Shown: piece by piece, positions 29,288 through 41,832 of the stretch | How the letters are laid out: every line of letters begins with the position of its first letter | Position numbering within the stretch: position 1 is the stretch's first letter | Source of the DNA: Lytechinus pictus | Lineage: Eukaryota | Direction: 5' to 3' | Assembly: GCF_037042905.1 (NCBI RefSeq) | Contig: NC_087245.1 | Coordinates: forward strand, 36,644,001 to 36,708,000 | Length of the DNA: 64,000 nucleotides | Made by a program: the position numbers and the translations under genes | Notes under the pieces: generated by a model | The model's database searches: none | What the model saw: only the letters and a program-made list of their open reading frames with translations | What the model was told of the DNA's origin: nothing

Positions 29288-32200
29288 AATCGTCCTCATA
29301 ATCTGCATTAATTACTAACATCATCATCATCATCATCTCTGGTAGGACGGGTACATGGGTGTTAGAGATGTGTGACTGGTACTGTGCAAGTAGGTTGTAC
29401 AATTGCATTGTCCTATTTCTCTCTGACTTCTCTTCTTTTCTTATCTTCTACTTTTTCTCTTCCATCCTCTATGATCCCATTCTCCCCCTTTCCTTCTCTC
29501 TCGTTTCTTCTCGTACATTTGTGCAATACATATTTCAACAGTTATGATTGTTTGTCAAATGTATTATTTATGCCATTGTTTATTGTATTACTGTTTGTAA
29601 CTTTATGCCCGAAAGCAAATTTTGTGTATTCTTATGCATGACAATAAATTAACTTGAATCATCATCAACATCATCATTGTCATCATCAACATCGTCATCG
29701 TCATCATCATCATCATCATCAACATCAATTACTATCATCATCATCAATCTCATCATCTCCAAACCCAATCTTTATGATCATCACTGCCATCACCACTCTT
29801 ACTTTGACAATGATAAAAAAAAATAAAAATTTTTCATTTTCATGTTTTGGCCAAAGATAAAACATTTATAATGAAATTATGAACAAGCAAATCTACTTTG
29901 GACATACAATCCCATAACACAGTATTATAATAATACAAGTTTTGAAGGTTTGTATTAATTTCTGAAATAAGAACACAGTTTCTTTTAGAAGTCAATGCAA
30001 CACATTAGGCAATCCTTTGTAAGTATATTTCTTATTTGGTAGTGCATTTTGTCATCCTTTCCAACCCTTTTGAATAATAAATGCAATTACCAGTAGAACA
30101 GGGGATGCCCTTCTCACTATCCTCCATCCCTGTATCCTTCTCTCTGTCCTTCCCCTCGTCTTTCATCTCTTCCTTCAGTCGAGAGCTATCATCCTGAACG
30201 ACGAAGCTCTTGGCAGCCTGCTGGCTGCTTGAATAAACGGTCTCGCAACTCTTCTCGACGTCTCTTTCTGAAATGGACAAGACGCAAGATCCATCGCAAG
30301 TTTGAAATACATGATAAAGATTGAGGAATATAAATAAAGGTGAGGCAAAGTTGAAGGATGTATCGTATGTAATACCTCAATACTGACAATTTAAGCAGGA
30401 TTCGTAGTAGGTTTATAATACTAACATGATCATAATACATAATATATAATGTGGAATATGAAGCATATAACCACCTCTTGATTTCAGGTGGCAAGGCAAA
30501 CTATCACTTCCTTGGCAAACTGGATGGGCTCGCTATCTTTCCTCAGCTTTGCTTCAGAAAAATTGCTACATCCAGCTTGTCTTGTAAGTGATAGTTTGCC
30601 CATTACCTTCACCAACGGTGATTATTTGCTTACTCACGTGCAATTCAACATCAAGTGCACATCTCAAATCAAGCGCCGCAAGTCTCTTGATTAAATGCAA
30701 ATTTGTAGTTGACCTGCACTTTATTACAACTAAACATGCTTTATTTGGGCCTTATGCTTGTTTTGCAATTGAAAAACAAGTTCCTTGCAATGCCTCGTAT
30801 GATTTTTGAGGGGGCCACAGAGTTACATATCATGTGGAAAGTGATTACATACTTTACAAAAGGCTTATTTACTTGCATATTATAATCTGTCCTTCATGTG
30901 AGCCAATTATAATAGTGACATAAACCAACAACAAATCCTCTAGATATTTTCAGTGTTCAGTCCATCACACTTGTTTCAACAGGTTTGAGGCAAGGGATTA
31001 AACTATCAAATCTGAGAAGAAATTATTAAGGTTCCAAATGTTTCATTCCTTAAAACACATTTCCCCCTGATATTTATTGATAAAACATACAGCGGAGCTG
31101 CTCGCATGTTAAGTAAAAAAGAATCAAAACATTAAATAACTAATACTCTGTTATTCTTTAAAAGATTCTGTTTTTTTATTTTTCCTTTTTTCTGCTTTTA
31201 TTACTTTAGGCCAGGATGAACCTCCCCATTTAACACTACTGACACGTTCCACTCACTGTTGTTGGGGGCTACTGAAGGCGCTGGTCCTGGAACTGGACCA
31301 AGTCTAGGTCCTGTCTGTGGGGATCCTTGGCTGAAGTTCACAGATCCTCGGACCGATGGCTCGAGGTTATCATTAGCATCTAGGAAAGATATACCATAAA
31401 TAAAGGATACAATCAATGCAACTTAAAAGAAGAAAGTACTACTAGTACGAATGAATACTTACTACTATGAAGTCAAAAGTTTTTTCAACGTAAGGTGAAA
31501 ACCAGCAAATCTAGATATAAGAATATTTACATCAAGGCCTCGTGTTACAAAAGAGATATGATTGATCAAATCAATCTTAACTACGAACACCAATCAATGC
31601 TTTAATTTTCAATCTTAGAGGCACATGTACTCTCTCCTTTGTAAGCAGAGAGGAGCTTGCATATTGGGAACAATTTGATGAGCTTCCCAGGGATACTATT
31701 ACCCTGACCAGAGCCCGGCAGCCTTTTACAGGGCACAAGCATTTCAAGAACTTAACTCCTGCCTGGAATAATAATATGTAAAAGTTACATCGCCTTTAAT
31801 ACAATGTTTCTAAACGCTGCGTACTATTACTTCAGCTTTACTTCAGCTTCACCATGGCCTAGCGTCCTTTGGCAAGGCGTTAATCCACACTTTGCCACTC
31901 TCCACCCAGGTGTTAAATGGGTACCCGGTAGGATGTGAAAGCCTATATGTAGTATGCCTAGCAATTGAGTCTTGGAACCCTGGTTGGAATGCTCCCCAGG
32001 GAGTGGAGAAGGTGCATACATTGTATGCGGGCATGCAAGGATCCGATGACCGGGGTAATAATATGTCTGTCAAGCGCTTAGAGACGTCGTTCCGATGTAT
32101 TAAGCGCTATATAAATGCGGAATATTATTATTATTATTAGCATGGCTACCCTGATCGGGCGAATCGAACATTCAAGGAATTTCTTCCTGCCAGGTACCCA

Positions 32201-35200
32201 ATTACTACATCTGGGTGGAGAGTGGCAAACTTAGATGAATGCCTTGCAAAAGGACACAAGTGCTGTGGTGGGATTTGAACCCTGGACCTTCTGATTCAAA
32301 GTCCAGAGACTAATCCACCTAGCCACAATACCTCTACTAATTGATTGCCAAAAAGTAAGATAACCATGCAAGAAAGAGAGAGAAAAAAAGGAAAACTGCA
32401 TGTTGGTTAACTGATCAATGCACACAAAATTCACTCCACATTTTAGACATCCACCAAGTGTGCAGTGTAAAAACAATCTCTCACTACAGAACTAAATTAT
32501 AAAATAAACAGCAAATCCAAGTACACTGTCCTACACATGCATAGAGTAACACAAGATTAAGAGTTGTTCAGTACCCTAAAAATCTAACAAGTGGCGCGCC
32601 TCCGGCAGTCTCGCCTGCATTATGCAATTCAATATAGCAGCAGTGCTGACTTTGAAAATGACTACAGAATAATCATTCACAAAAAACACCATCTATAATG
32701 ATAATAAAATACTATGTTCATTGACCCTAAATAACATTTGACCATGATCATGTGACCGAAGACTTGTTCAAGACGAGCAGTGATACTTGATTATCCCTAT
32801 GTCCGCATTTCATGAACTATATCCATAAACTTTCAAATTCTGATGGCCAAAATTGACCCTAAAGGACCTTTGACATATGTCATGTGACTTCAAACTCATG
32901 CAGGATATTCACTGATACTTGATGACACTTATGTCCAAGTTCTATGAACTAGGTCCTTGTACTTTCTAAGTTATAATGACATTTCAAAAACTTAACCTTG
33001 GTTAAGATTTCGATGTTGATTCTCCCAACATGGTCTAAGTTCATTGACCCTAAATGACATTTGACCTTGGTCATGACATTTCAAAAACTTAACCTCAGGT
33101 TAAGATTTCAATGTTGATGACGGCGCCGCAGCCGTCAGAAAAGTGGCGCCTATGTTAATCTCACTCTCTGCTATAAAGGTGAGACAAAAATCTTTATGGT
33201 ACAAGAATAAAGACATGTTTGAAATTCACCTATCATGAGAAAATGCAAGATTCAAGCGCAAGTTGACACTTTTTGAGCAAGTCACTAAACAGCTTTCTTA
33301 CATAATTTATGATAATAGAACAGGCAGAGGTGGTATGAACTGGGGTGGGGAATGAATATCTCTATGAGGAGTAAACAATTTTAACAATTGACATTATATT
33401 GTCATTTTCAAAATTAGTATTACAATTATTACATGCATGCATACTATAAATTCCTTTTTTACAGCATCAAAATGATTCTGACCAGGGCCCGACAACATAA
33501 AACTTGGCGATTAACCTTATTGTAATTGATATTTGGTTTGCTTCTATGCACAGATTTTATGAAAAAAATATGAAAAAATGAAAATCCATATTTTATTGTT
33601 CGAAATAGACATGAAATTAAATACTCCAAAAATTTGCTTTGCCCAATTGATCTTGGGCCCGGCAGCCGCTGTGCAGCGCCAGATCGACGAGGCTCTATCC
33701 CTTTAATCGTTGAACGCCAAACAGGGTAGCAGCAACTCCCATCTTTTAACGTCCTTTGGTCTGACGCGGCCGGGGTTTGAACCCCCGACCTCCTGGGGAA
33801 AGGTCATGAACTTTATCAATTTAGTATCTATAAGAATTGTGTAAAAGCAAATTCATCTAACTCAGGGTCAGTTTGCCATTATTCATAAAACAAAACAGTA
33901 CGAGTATCTTGACTTATAAATTGACTTACGTTGTGGTGGAGAATCCATATGGTTACTTGGCTTATATTCCAGGCCAGCAACCAGGCCCGGTGAGATACCA
34001 TAATCAAAATACCTGGCCGCCTTATCGGAGGTCAAAGAAATGTCACCGAGCATTGAGACTGCATGGGAAGGAAATGCATGATGGGATAGGTGGATGCAAG
34101 GGTCAAAGGGTAAGATGTAAGGAATGATTATCTACCGGCAAGCGGCTCTGTAATTTGTTAGTATTATACCTTTATGAAAGGATACTGTTTTTTTTATGCA
34201 TGATGTAAGATATTAAGGACATTCAACCTAGCTTTTATAGCACTACAGAAATACAAACTGCCATACACACTGTGCATAAACAAGTACGGTACACATAAAC
34301 TCAGGTGTTAGTATTTATGCATTTTTATTGAATTATGCGCCTGTAAATTGTAGCTCCGGCCCCCGGGTACAGAGCACTCCCAATGAAGGAAGGGGGTTCA
34401 TTTGGGCTGGGAATTTGCCTCATGGTTTCAATGGGCCATGACTTTGTTAGCGATTTGACAAGTTCTACTGTAGTGTGAGGGCTTGGTTGGTGATTCATCG
34501 GCAATGATACCCTGCCTAGTGTGGAACTCGGTGGGAATGTTTGCTGGGAAGATTTTCAAGCTTACAGGGGCCGTCTCTGGCAGTGCCCAAGTAACCCGGG
34601 GACGAAAATACAATTGACAGTTGCAAAAGACTTTGGGGTTTTTAACATATCCCGTCCCCCAAATAAGCTCAGAACTGAACTTATGATAAACTAAAACACA
34701 AATTCAATTGAAAATTGCTGATCAAAAGAGAAATAACTATGAAATAAGATTCACTGCATAAAAGTTCTAGCTAATGTACAAATCACAGCATGCACTATTT
34801 TGTACTTAATCTCAATGCAAGCAAAATCAACTAAGAATTTTAGCATGCTAAGAAACTATTACATATTAAAACAAGGCAAAGTCTAATGGTGTATGCAACA
34901 CAAACTAAACTATCATGCAATTATACTATAGCTTACTGCAAGCAAACTCAACTAGCAGAAATGGTTTCACAAGAAATTGATGAGCAATCAATTACAAATT
35001 TTGCAATCACAACAAAATTATTTTTTCTCCTGCAAGAACCACACTAAAATCAATTGAAAACCTAAAATCAGTTGCAAGATATATGATTTCTTTTTGCAGT
35101 AAGGAAAGGAGGACAAGAGAACCTTCACACAAACTTTTCTATTCATATCAAGTAATTAGTTCATGGAACAGCCTACCAGAAGATGTGGTCTCAGCACCTT

Positions 35201-38200
35201 TTAATTTTTATTTTTTTTAATTGGCTTGATAATTACTCAAAGAACGCTCAACGCTGTTCTTCTATACAACTTTTAGTAATGGTAGCCCAATAATATTATC
35301 AACGTCTTAATTTGCGTATTACACAAATTGTGCATTGTTACATGTTTGCATGATTAAGAATTTTTTGTCTGAGACATACCCTCTCTTGCAACATGCAACT
35401 ACTTGAACTGATAGTTTGGAGCATTTTGTATATTCCATTTGATCAATGAACATGCTTAGGGGGTGTTGCAAGAAAATATTTGCGATCATTCTGTTGCAAA
35501 TATACAACTGATAGATCAACGTTAGCTGTAGCAAATCAGATAAGGAGCAATTAGCAATCAATCACTGATTTGCAATTAACTGCAAGACATGTGATTGATT
35601 TAGGGACCAAAAATTGACTTGCAATTGATCGCAAGTTTCTTGCAACACCCAATTAGTCTGACAAGCATTGGTGGATTAAAGTAAAGTAAATTTACATGTA
35701 ATTGATTGCAAATTTCTTGTGACACCCTCTTAAGACACAGTGTATGCAAAAGCTATGTGCAAATACAAATAAAAGTGAAGAAATCAGGATAAACCCTTTT
35801 TCACAAGACATTACCATCACTATCATCTCTCTGGCGACCCTGTAGCTCCTCCCTCTTTCTTTCGTGGAGTGTTTCCAAGTGTTTGATGGCTAACCCCCCT
35901 GTCTTGGTAATGGAAGGGGTCAGCTGAGGTGGGCTGATGAACACAGGACTGGACTGTTCCATTGTAAGCATGGGTGTTAGTGGGGGTGTTAGTCCAAAAG
36001 GAAAAGCAGTTTTAGACTGGAATTAAGAATAACGGGTGTACAATGAATTGGATATACTTCCTCTACCATGATATGTTTCTTGTCTGAAGGTAATACATAA
36101 ATTTAAGAGCAATTCCATGCTGTGGCGTATGGGACATTTTCACAATATTTTGCATCTTTTTTTACATGAAAATAAAGAAATATTTTCTTAATTGATGGTG
36201 ATCCTTAAATAAGTAGCACCAGAAGGGTAACAAGAAACAAGATTTAACTGGACTTGACATGAGAAAGAAATATTCTTCATAGAAAAATGTTACCAAATTG
36301 AAAAAAATAAATTTAATGCATGAAACAACTGGCTTCCATTTCCAAAAGTGTTCTCATAAGAGCATTAGATATCAATGTAATATAATAGTCTTCAAGCAGT
36401 GTAATATACCTCCAGTTTTGTTGGCGTTGGGGTATCTACATCACCGGATACCTTGCGGCCTAAGCTCTTCCTTGTTTTCTCCAACTCCTTTTCCTGCTGG
36501 AGAAAATCATGGAATCTGCAAAGGAATTAATAGAGCCAGATGACTATAATTAGTGGATTTTGAAGTGCCAAAAAATAAACCTGAAGATTTTCCTGATATC
36601 TAATGAAAGTTTGACTAAATTTCATATGATTTCAGTTAAAATGGTTGTAAATGTTTTAACTTGCACTATCATGCGTGTATGCAGAGAGAGAATTCATAAG
36701 AAAAAAATTTGTTGCCCTAGAGTGGATAGAGATTTTTCCAATGTGACGAGGGGCAAATAAGCTGCAAGCTCTACGTCTATATCCAAGTAAATCAAAGTAA
36801 GTTAATATTTGCACATTTCAACTTCGACAAATACAAATAAAAAACTGAGAGCTTATCTCTATGGCTTTAAAGAGCTCAATCATTAGTAAACTTGTACCTA
36901 ACTTTAAAAGAAACTTTATGAGGCACCTCCTGGTCTTGGAAGCTTCATGAGGTATCTTGCCGGTGATTTTCATCAACAAACTTTCTCTCGGCCATTCAGA
37001 TGAATCAATTTTAGTAGCTTATAACAGTAGCCAAAGGATATCACATTCGAGACAACCCTCCCCCCTTTAATTTACCTTGTATTCCAGGCAAAGTTGATTT
37101 CCGCCAAGCATCTCTTAGCAATGACGATGGAGTCTTCAATGTCAAGTAACTGGTCCTCGAGACAGAAATCGCTCCCTAAAGATGACAAAGAATATCATTG
37201 TATCACATACATGTACCGTATGTATAAATATTCAGGCTTTTCAAACTGCATCTGGGTAAGGCATCGAGTTGGGGGCATAAATGACAAGATGTCCATATAA
37301 CATAGTTATATGCTACTCTACTTCACAGCAAAGATCGATTCAGATGTGGTCAAGTTTTGATGTGTCTATGTCAGGAAGGTCTTCTACAATTATAGTAATT
37401 CACGTTCGATCTTGAAATCTTTATTGGATTTTTTGTAATTCAAATTAACATAAAACAATGTTACATATACATGGACATCACATTAATATATCATTGGCGA
37501 TAGACTCTCAGGTCTGTAACTACAATATATCATGATATTTGATTCGTACACATAAGTGGGACACCAATTTTTTTTTTTTGCTTAAGTGATCATTTGAATA
37601 TATTTGCCTAGTTTACATGAGACACTGTTTTTTAATTCTGGTACATGTATGTCACAAGAATGGACCTAATCTGATGGAATGACTGATCTGGCAGGAAGTA
37701 ATTCCTCAAGAAGCTGTGTGCACCTGAAAAGGTAGCCTAGCTTAGCCGGGTAATAATAATAGCAGGGCCCGCTGGGAGAACAGTTTTCGGAACTGAAGTG
37801 GCTACCCTGGGTAAATATACCGTTCTTATTATTATCTGCGCTCACTTCAAATTTGCAGCTGAATGGTGTATGCATATATTGGAATGCCCTACAGAAAGTT
37901 CAGTTATTGTCACTGTACCAAATCTAGATCTACAATGAAATGGTGACAATCAAACCTTACAGATTTCAGTATTTACTCATTGTTCACTGCAAATACATTT
38001 ATTTTTAAAAGCTATTCATTAAGCACCTTTGTGAGAACCCTAGTGAATTGCCCTAAAAAGCCTCCATGATTTGAAATATATTAGAGGTCATTCAGGATGG
38101 GCTAACAACCAACAAATCTATTGACACCATTTTCGTAATGTGTTTATCTGTGCTGAATTCCCACTTCTAGATGATTCTCTGCACTTTTGTTAGGGTGCCT

Positions 38201-41200
38201 AACTCTCACTTTTTTAATATCACTATCATAAAATCAAACTGAACATCGAATGAAAAATCTACAGCCCTTCTTTTTTTGTACCACTGTTAATGCTAATGGT
38301 TTGTTTATTATGGTCCAACAATAAAACGTGCTTGTGTATAGCTCATACAATCCAATGCGAAACGCCCCATGCTTATTACTTACAGTCGTTCCCACTGCTA
38401 TCTTTTTTCTTGTCAGGGCTGGCTTTCCACTTTTCCACATACATCACTTTTGCTTCCACTTCATCCATGTTCTGCTTGAAGCGATTGCAATCCATCTAAA
38501 AAATTCCAGCCAAAAGAAGCATTTTATAGGGTTACTCTAAAAAAAAAAAACAGGTCACAATCTAAAGTCTCAAAAATATTTCGGCATATAGCTTCACAAA
38601 ATGAACACAATTGTTCAATTGAACATAGAACTTTGTTTATTACTTTCAATTTTCCTTTATTTCAACCACAAAAAGTATTGAAGTGAAATACAATAAGACA
38701 GCAATAATATTTATCTCCAACAATTTATAGCAAAGGCTGGTGATAGATGTCATTAGTACAATATTTTGAAAAATACAAATTAGCAATATCAATGAAAATC
38801 TGAAAAAAGTACAAACATAAAAAAAAATTACAAAAATATATCAGTTTAATTTATATATCTTTTTAGCCCAAGAAAATGAATTTCCTTCAAACCTACCTCA
38901 TATCATAAAATGAATGATAATATAATTTCTGCTAAATTCTCTCCATTTTGGTTCCAAAACACTATCTTAATGTTTAAGCCCAAGAACATAATTTTCTTTC
39001 AAACCTACCTTGTATCATAACTTTAAAGGGCCATGCCACTGACAAATCATGGGGAAATTGAATGCGACATTTGAAAAAGGTCAATTGAGTTGCATAATAT
39101 AATCCGTCTGTCATGAGTGCCCATCGAACTAATGCGATAAAAGTTCGGACAGCACAAATCTGACCGGACTCGTGATGGTTATTTACTTCGGATCATCGCA
39201 GTTCCAGTTTTCAACAATCCCAATTCCTAGACTCATAGCAGGTCTCTTGATTGCTGAACCAAAATAAATAACCGTCATCTATTACATAACACCCTCAGGC
39301 ATGCAGCAAGTGAAAGACTTGAATCCCTTAATTCTCTGTTCTGAGATAAGCCTTGATTTCTCCATTATTTGTCAATGAAAGGTCGCTTTAAATGATAATG
39401 TAATTTCTACTCACTTCTCTCCAAATGTTTCTGAGCGTGCCATGTATAGATTTTTAGCCCAAGAATATAATTTTATTTCAAACCTACATTACCTCATATA
39501 AACACTTAAATGACAATATCATTTCTGCTCCATTCTCTCCAGCATGCTATGCATTTGTTTTTTTAGCAAACAGAATATAATTTCATTTCCAACCTACTTC
39601 ATATTGACTGGTGAACTCTTGCTCTTTCTGCTCAAGAAGTTGACTTGGTTTGCCAACCGTTAGACTTGATATGTTACCAAAAATACCACGGAACACCTGA
39701 TTCCCTCTGCATGACATATCAAAAGAGACAGAACAATAATGATGATGACGATGAAAATTATAATAATCATAATATTGATAATATTGAAAATAATAATAAC
39801 AATAATAACAATAGCAATAACAACAATGCATTCATATTCTGTAATTTCTACATGGAAATACTCAAAGGAAAATAAGGGAAGCTCCAACATGTTTCTCTAC
39901 AGATAACATTACAAATCAATGACTTATTTAATGAAAACTCTCTTCAAAAGGGAGCTAGGTTTTCAGTTTGGTTTGAATAAGTTAACAGATTATGTGTTTC
40001 TTATTGAGGAAGGGAGGCTATTACAGAGTTTGGGTGCAACACTAACAAAGGCACAGTCGCCTAGTGAAATCTTAAAGTTTGTTTTTAGACACGTCATATT
40101 GTAGTATAAAAAAAAAATCTACTTCTGTCAATTTCGTCAGTTGTCATAATATAGTAATAATAACAGGTCAATAGAGCAGAGAGATGCATTACTGGGCGTT
40201 ATACAGGGTATATTATTACCTGGTGGGTGTTTCATAAAGCTGTTCTTAAAGGAGAATGAAACTCTTGGAGCAAGTTAGCTTTTGTGAAAGCAGAAAAATC
40301 AAAGAATAAGATCAACAAAACTTTGAGTAAAATAGGACTAGCAATAGAAGAGTTATGAGCATTTGAATGTCGAGATCACTAATGCTATGGAGATCCTCCC
40401 ATTGGCAATGCGACCAAGATCTATGATGTCACAGATGAACAACTCTCCCCTTTTGGACACTGAAAATATACCCCAAAACATCTCTTTTTGCTCATTCTAA
40501 TCATATGACAAACGATTCATCAATGATATAATGTTGTGAAACCTCTGTACTTGTCCTCTCATAAAGAGAACACCTCACCTTGTGATAGACTCTATAAAAG
40601 TGAGAATATAAGTGAAATAAGTACTAAAGTAATGAGGGAGTTGTACGTGTGTGACATCACCGATCTTGGTCGCATTGTCAATGGGAGGATCTACATGGCA
40701 TTAGTGATCTCAATATTCAAATGCTCATAACTTTCTTATTATTCATTCAATCTTCCTCAAACTTTCAACAATATGTTTCTTTGATTTTTCTCTTTGATAT
40801 GGATTCAGCTGGTTTCAAGGGTTTCAATCTCCTTTAAGTTAAGAGCCACTTTAAGAACAACTGGTATCCTTTCTTGTAGTAAATGGTAGATTAATTGGCG
40901 ATGGTTTAACGCATAAGAAAGGATCACCAGTCATTCTTAAAGTCGCTCTTAACTTAATACAAACAGCTTTTTGAAACAGCCCCCTGAACTGTATAGCTGA
41001 ACTGTCCTAGGTGTTAAAGCATTCAAGGAATTCATCTCGATTGTGGGTCAATTGCAGCACATTATGTAACCAGCCACCCCAAACAAACAATAAGTTGCCC
41101 AAAATGAATTTTGAGATTTTATTGGGATTGTATATACATGTACATATCCTAATCTTCAAACTTATATACAGCTTGTCAAAATTGATCAACTATAACCCAC

Positions 41201-41786
41201 ACATTAAAAGCACTTGATTGAATGCAGAAAAAAACCAAGTGAGTGACTGAATGCAGAAAAAAGAATGCGAGACCTTAAAAAAATAAGAAAATGTTTGAAG
41301 TTCAGGTTGATTCAAGCATGATTCAATCTCAGCGAAACTTCTAAGCAGTCTGAAAACTTGTGTAAAAAAACCCTCTTGTATCTTGGTTTCTATTCTAATT
41401 TACAACAACCTGAAATATGACAGTATGAAGAAGAATAGTTACTCTTTCAGATAAGCCACTTCTTGAATTTTTGCTATTTGAAGACCAAATTACTATTTTG
41501 GCTATTTACGGAGAACCTTCCCTGGGGACTTGTTGGTTTGAGGTGGCTGGTCATATATGGATAAAGAAGGATTCGAACCAACTACCCGCTGATTGAAAAA
41601 TGATAAGTTTTGTAGGTCCACCTACCTGATGACAAGACTTTTGCTCTCCTCCAAGTAGCTTTTATGAGCTCTGAACGGCTGGTCTATCATGATCGGAAGA
41701 GGCGGGAAAGCTATCTCTCTTAAAATTATGGGACTGAATCTGAAAAACAAAACAACAGCATGCATGTTATCACCATCATCACCATC

Positions 41787-41832
<46 letters not shown>

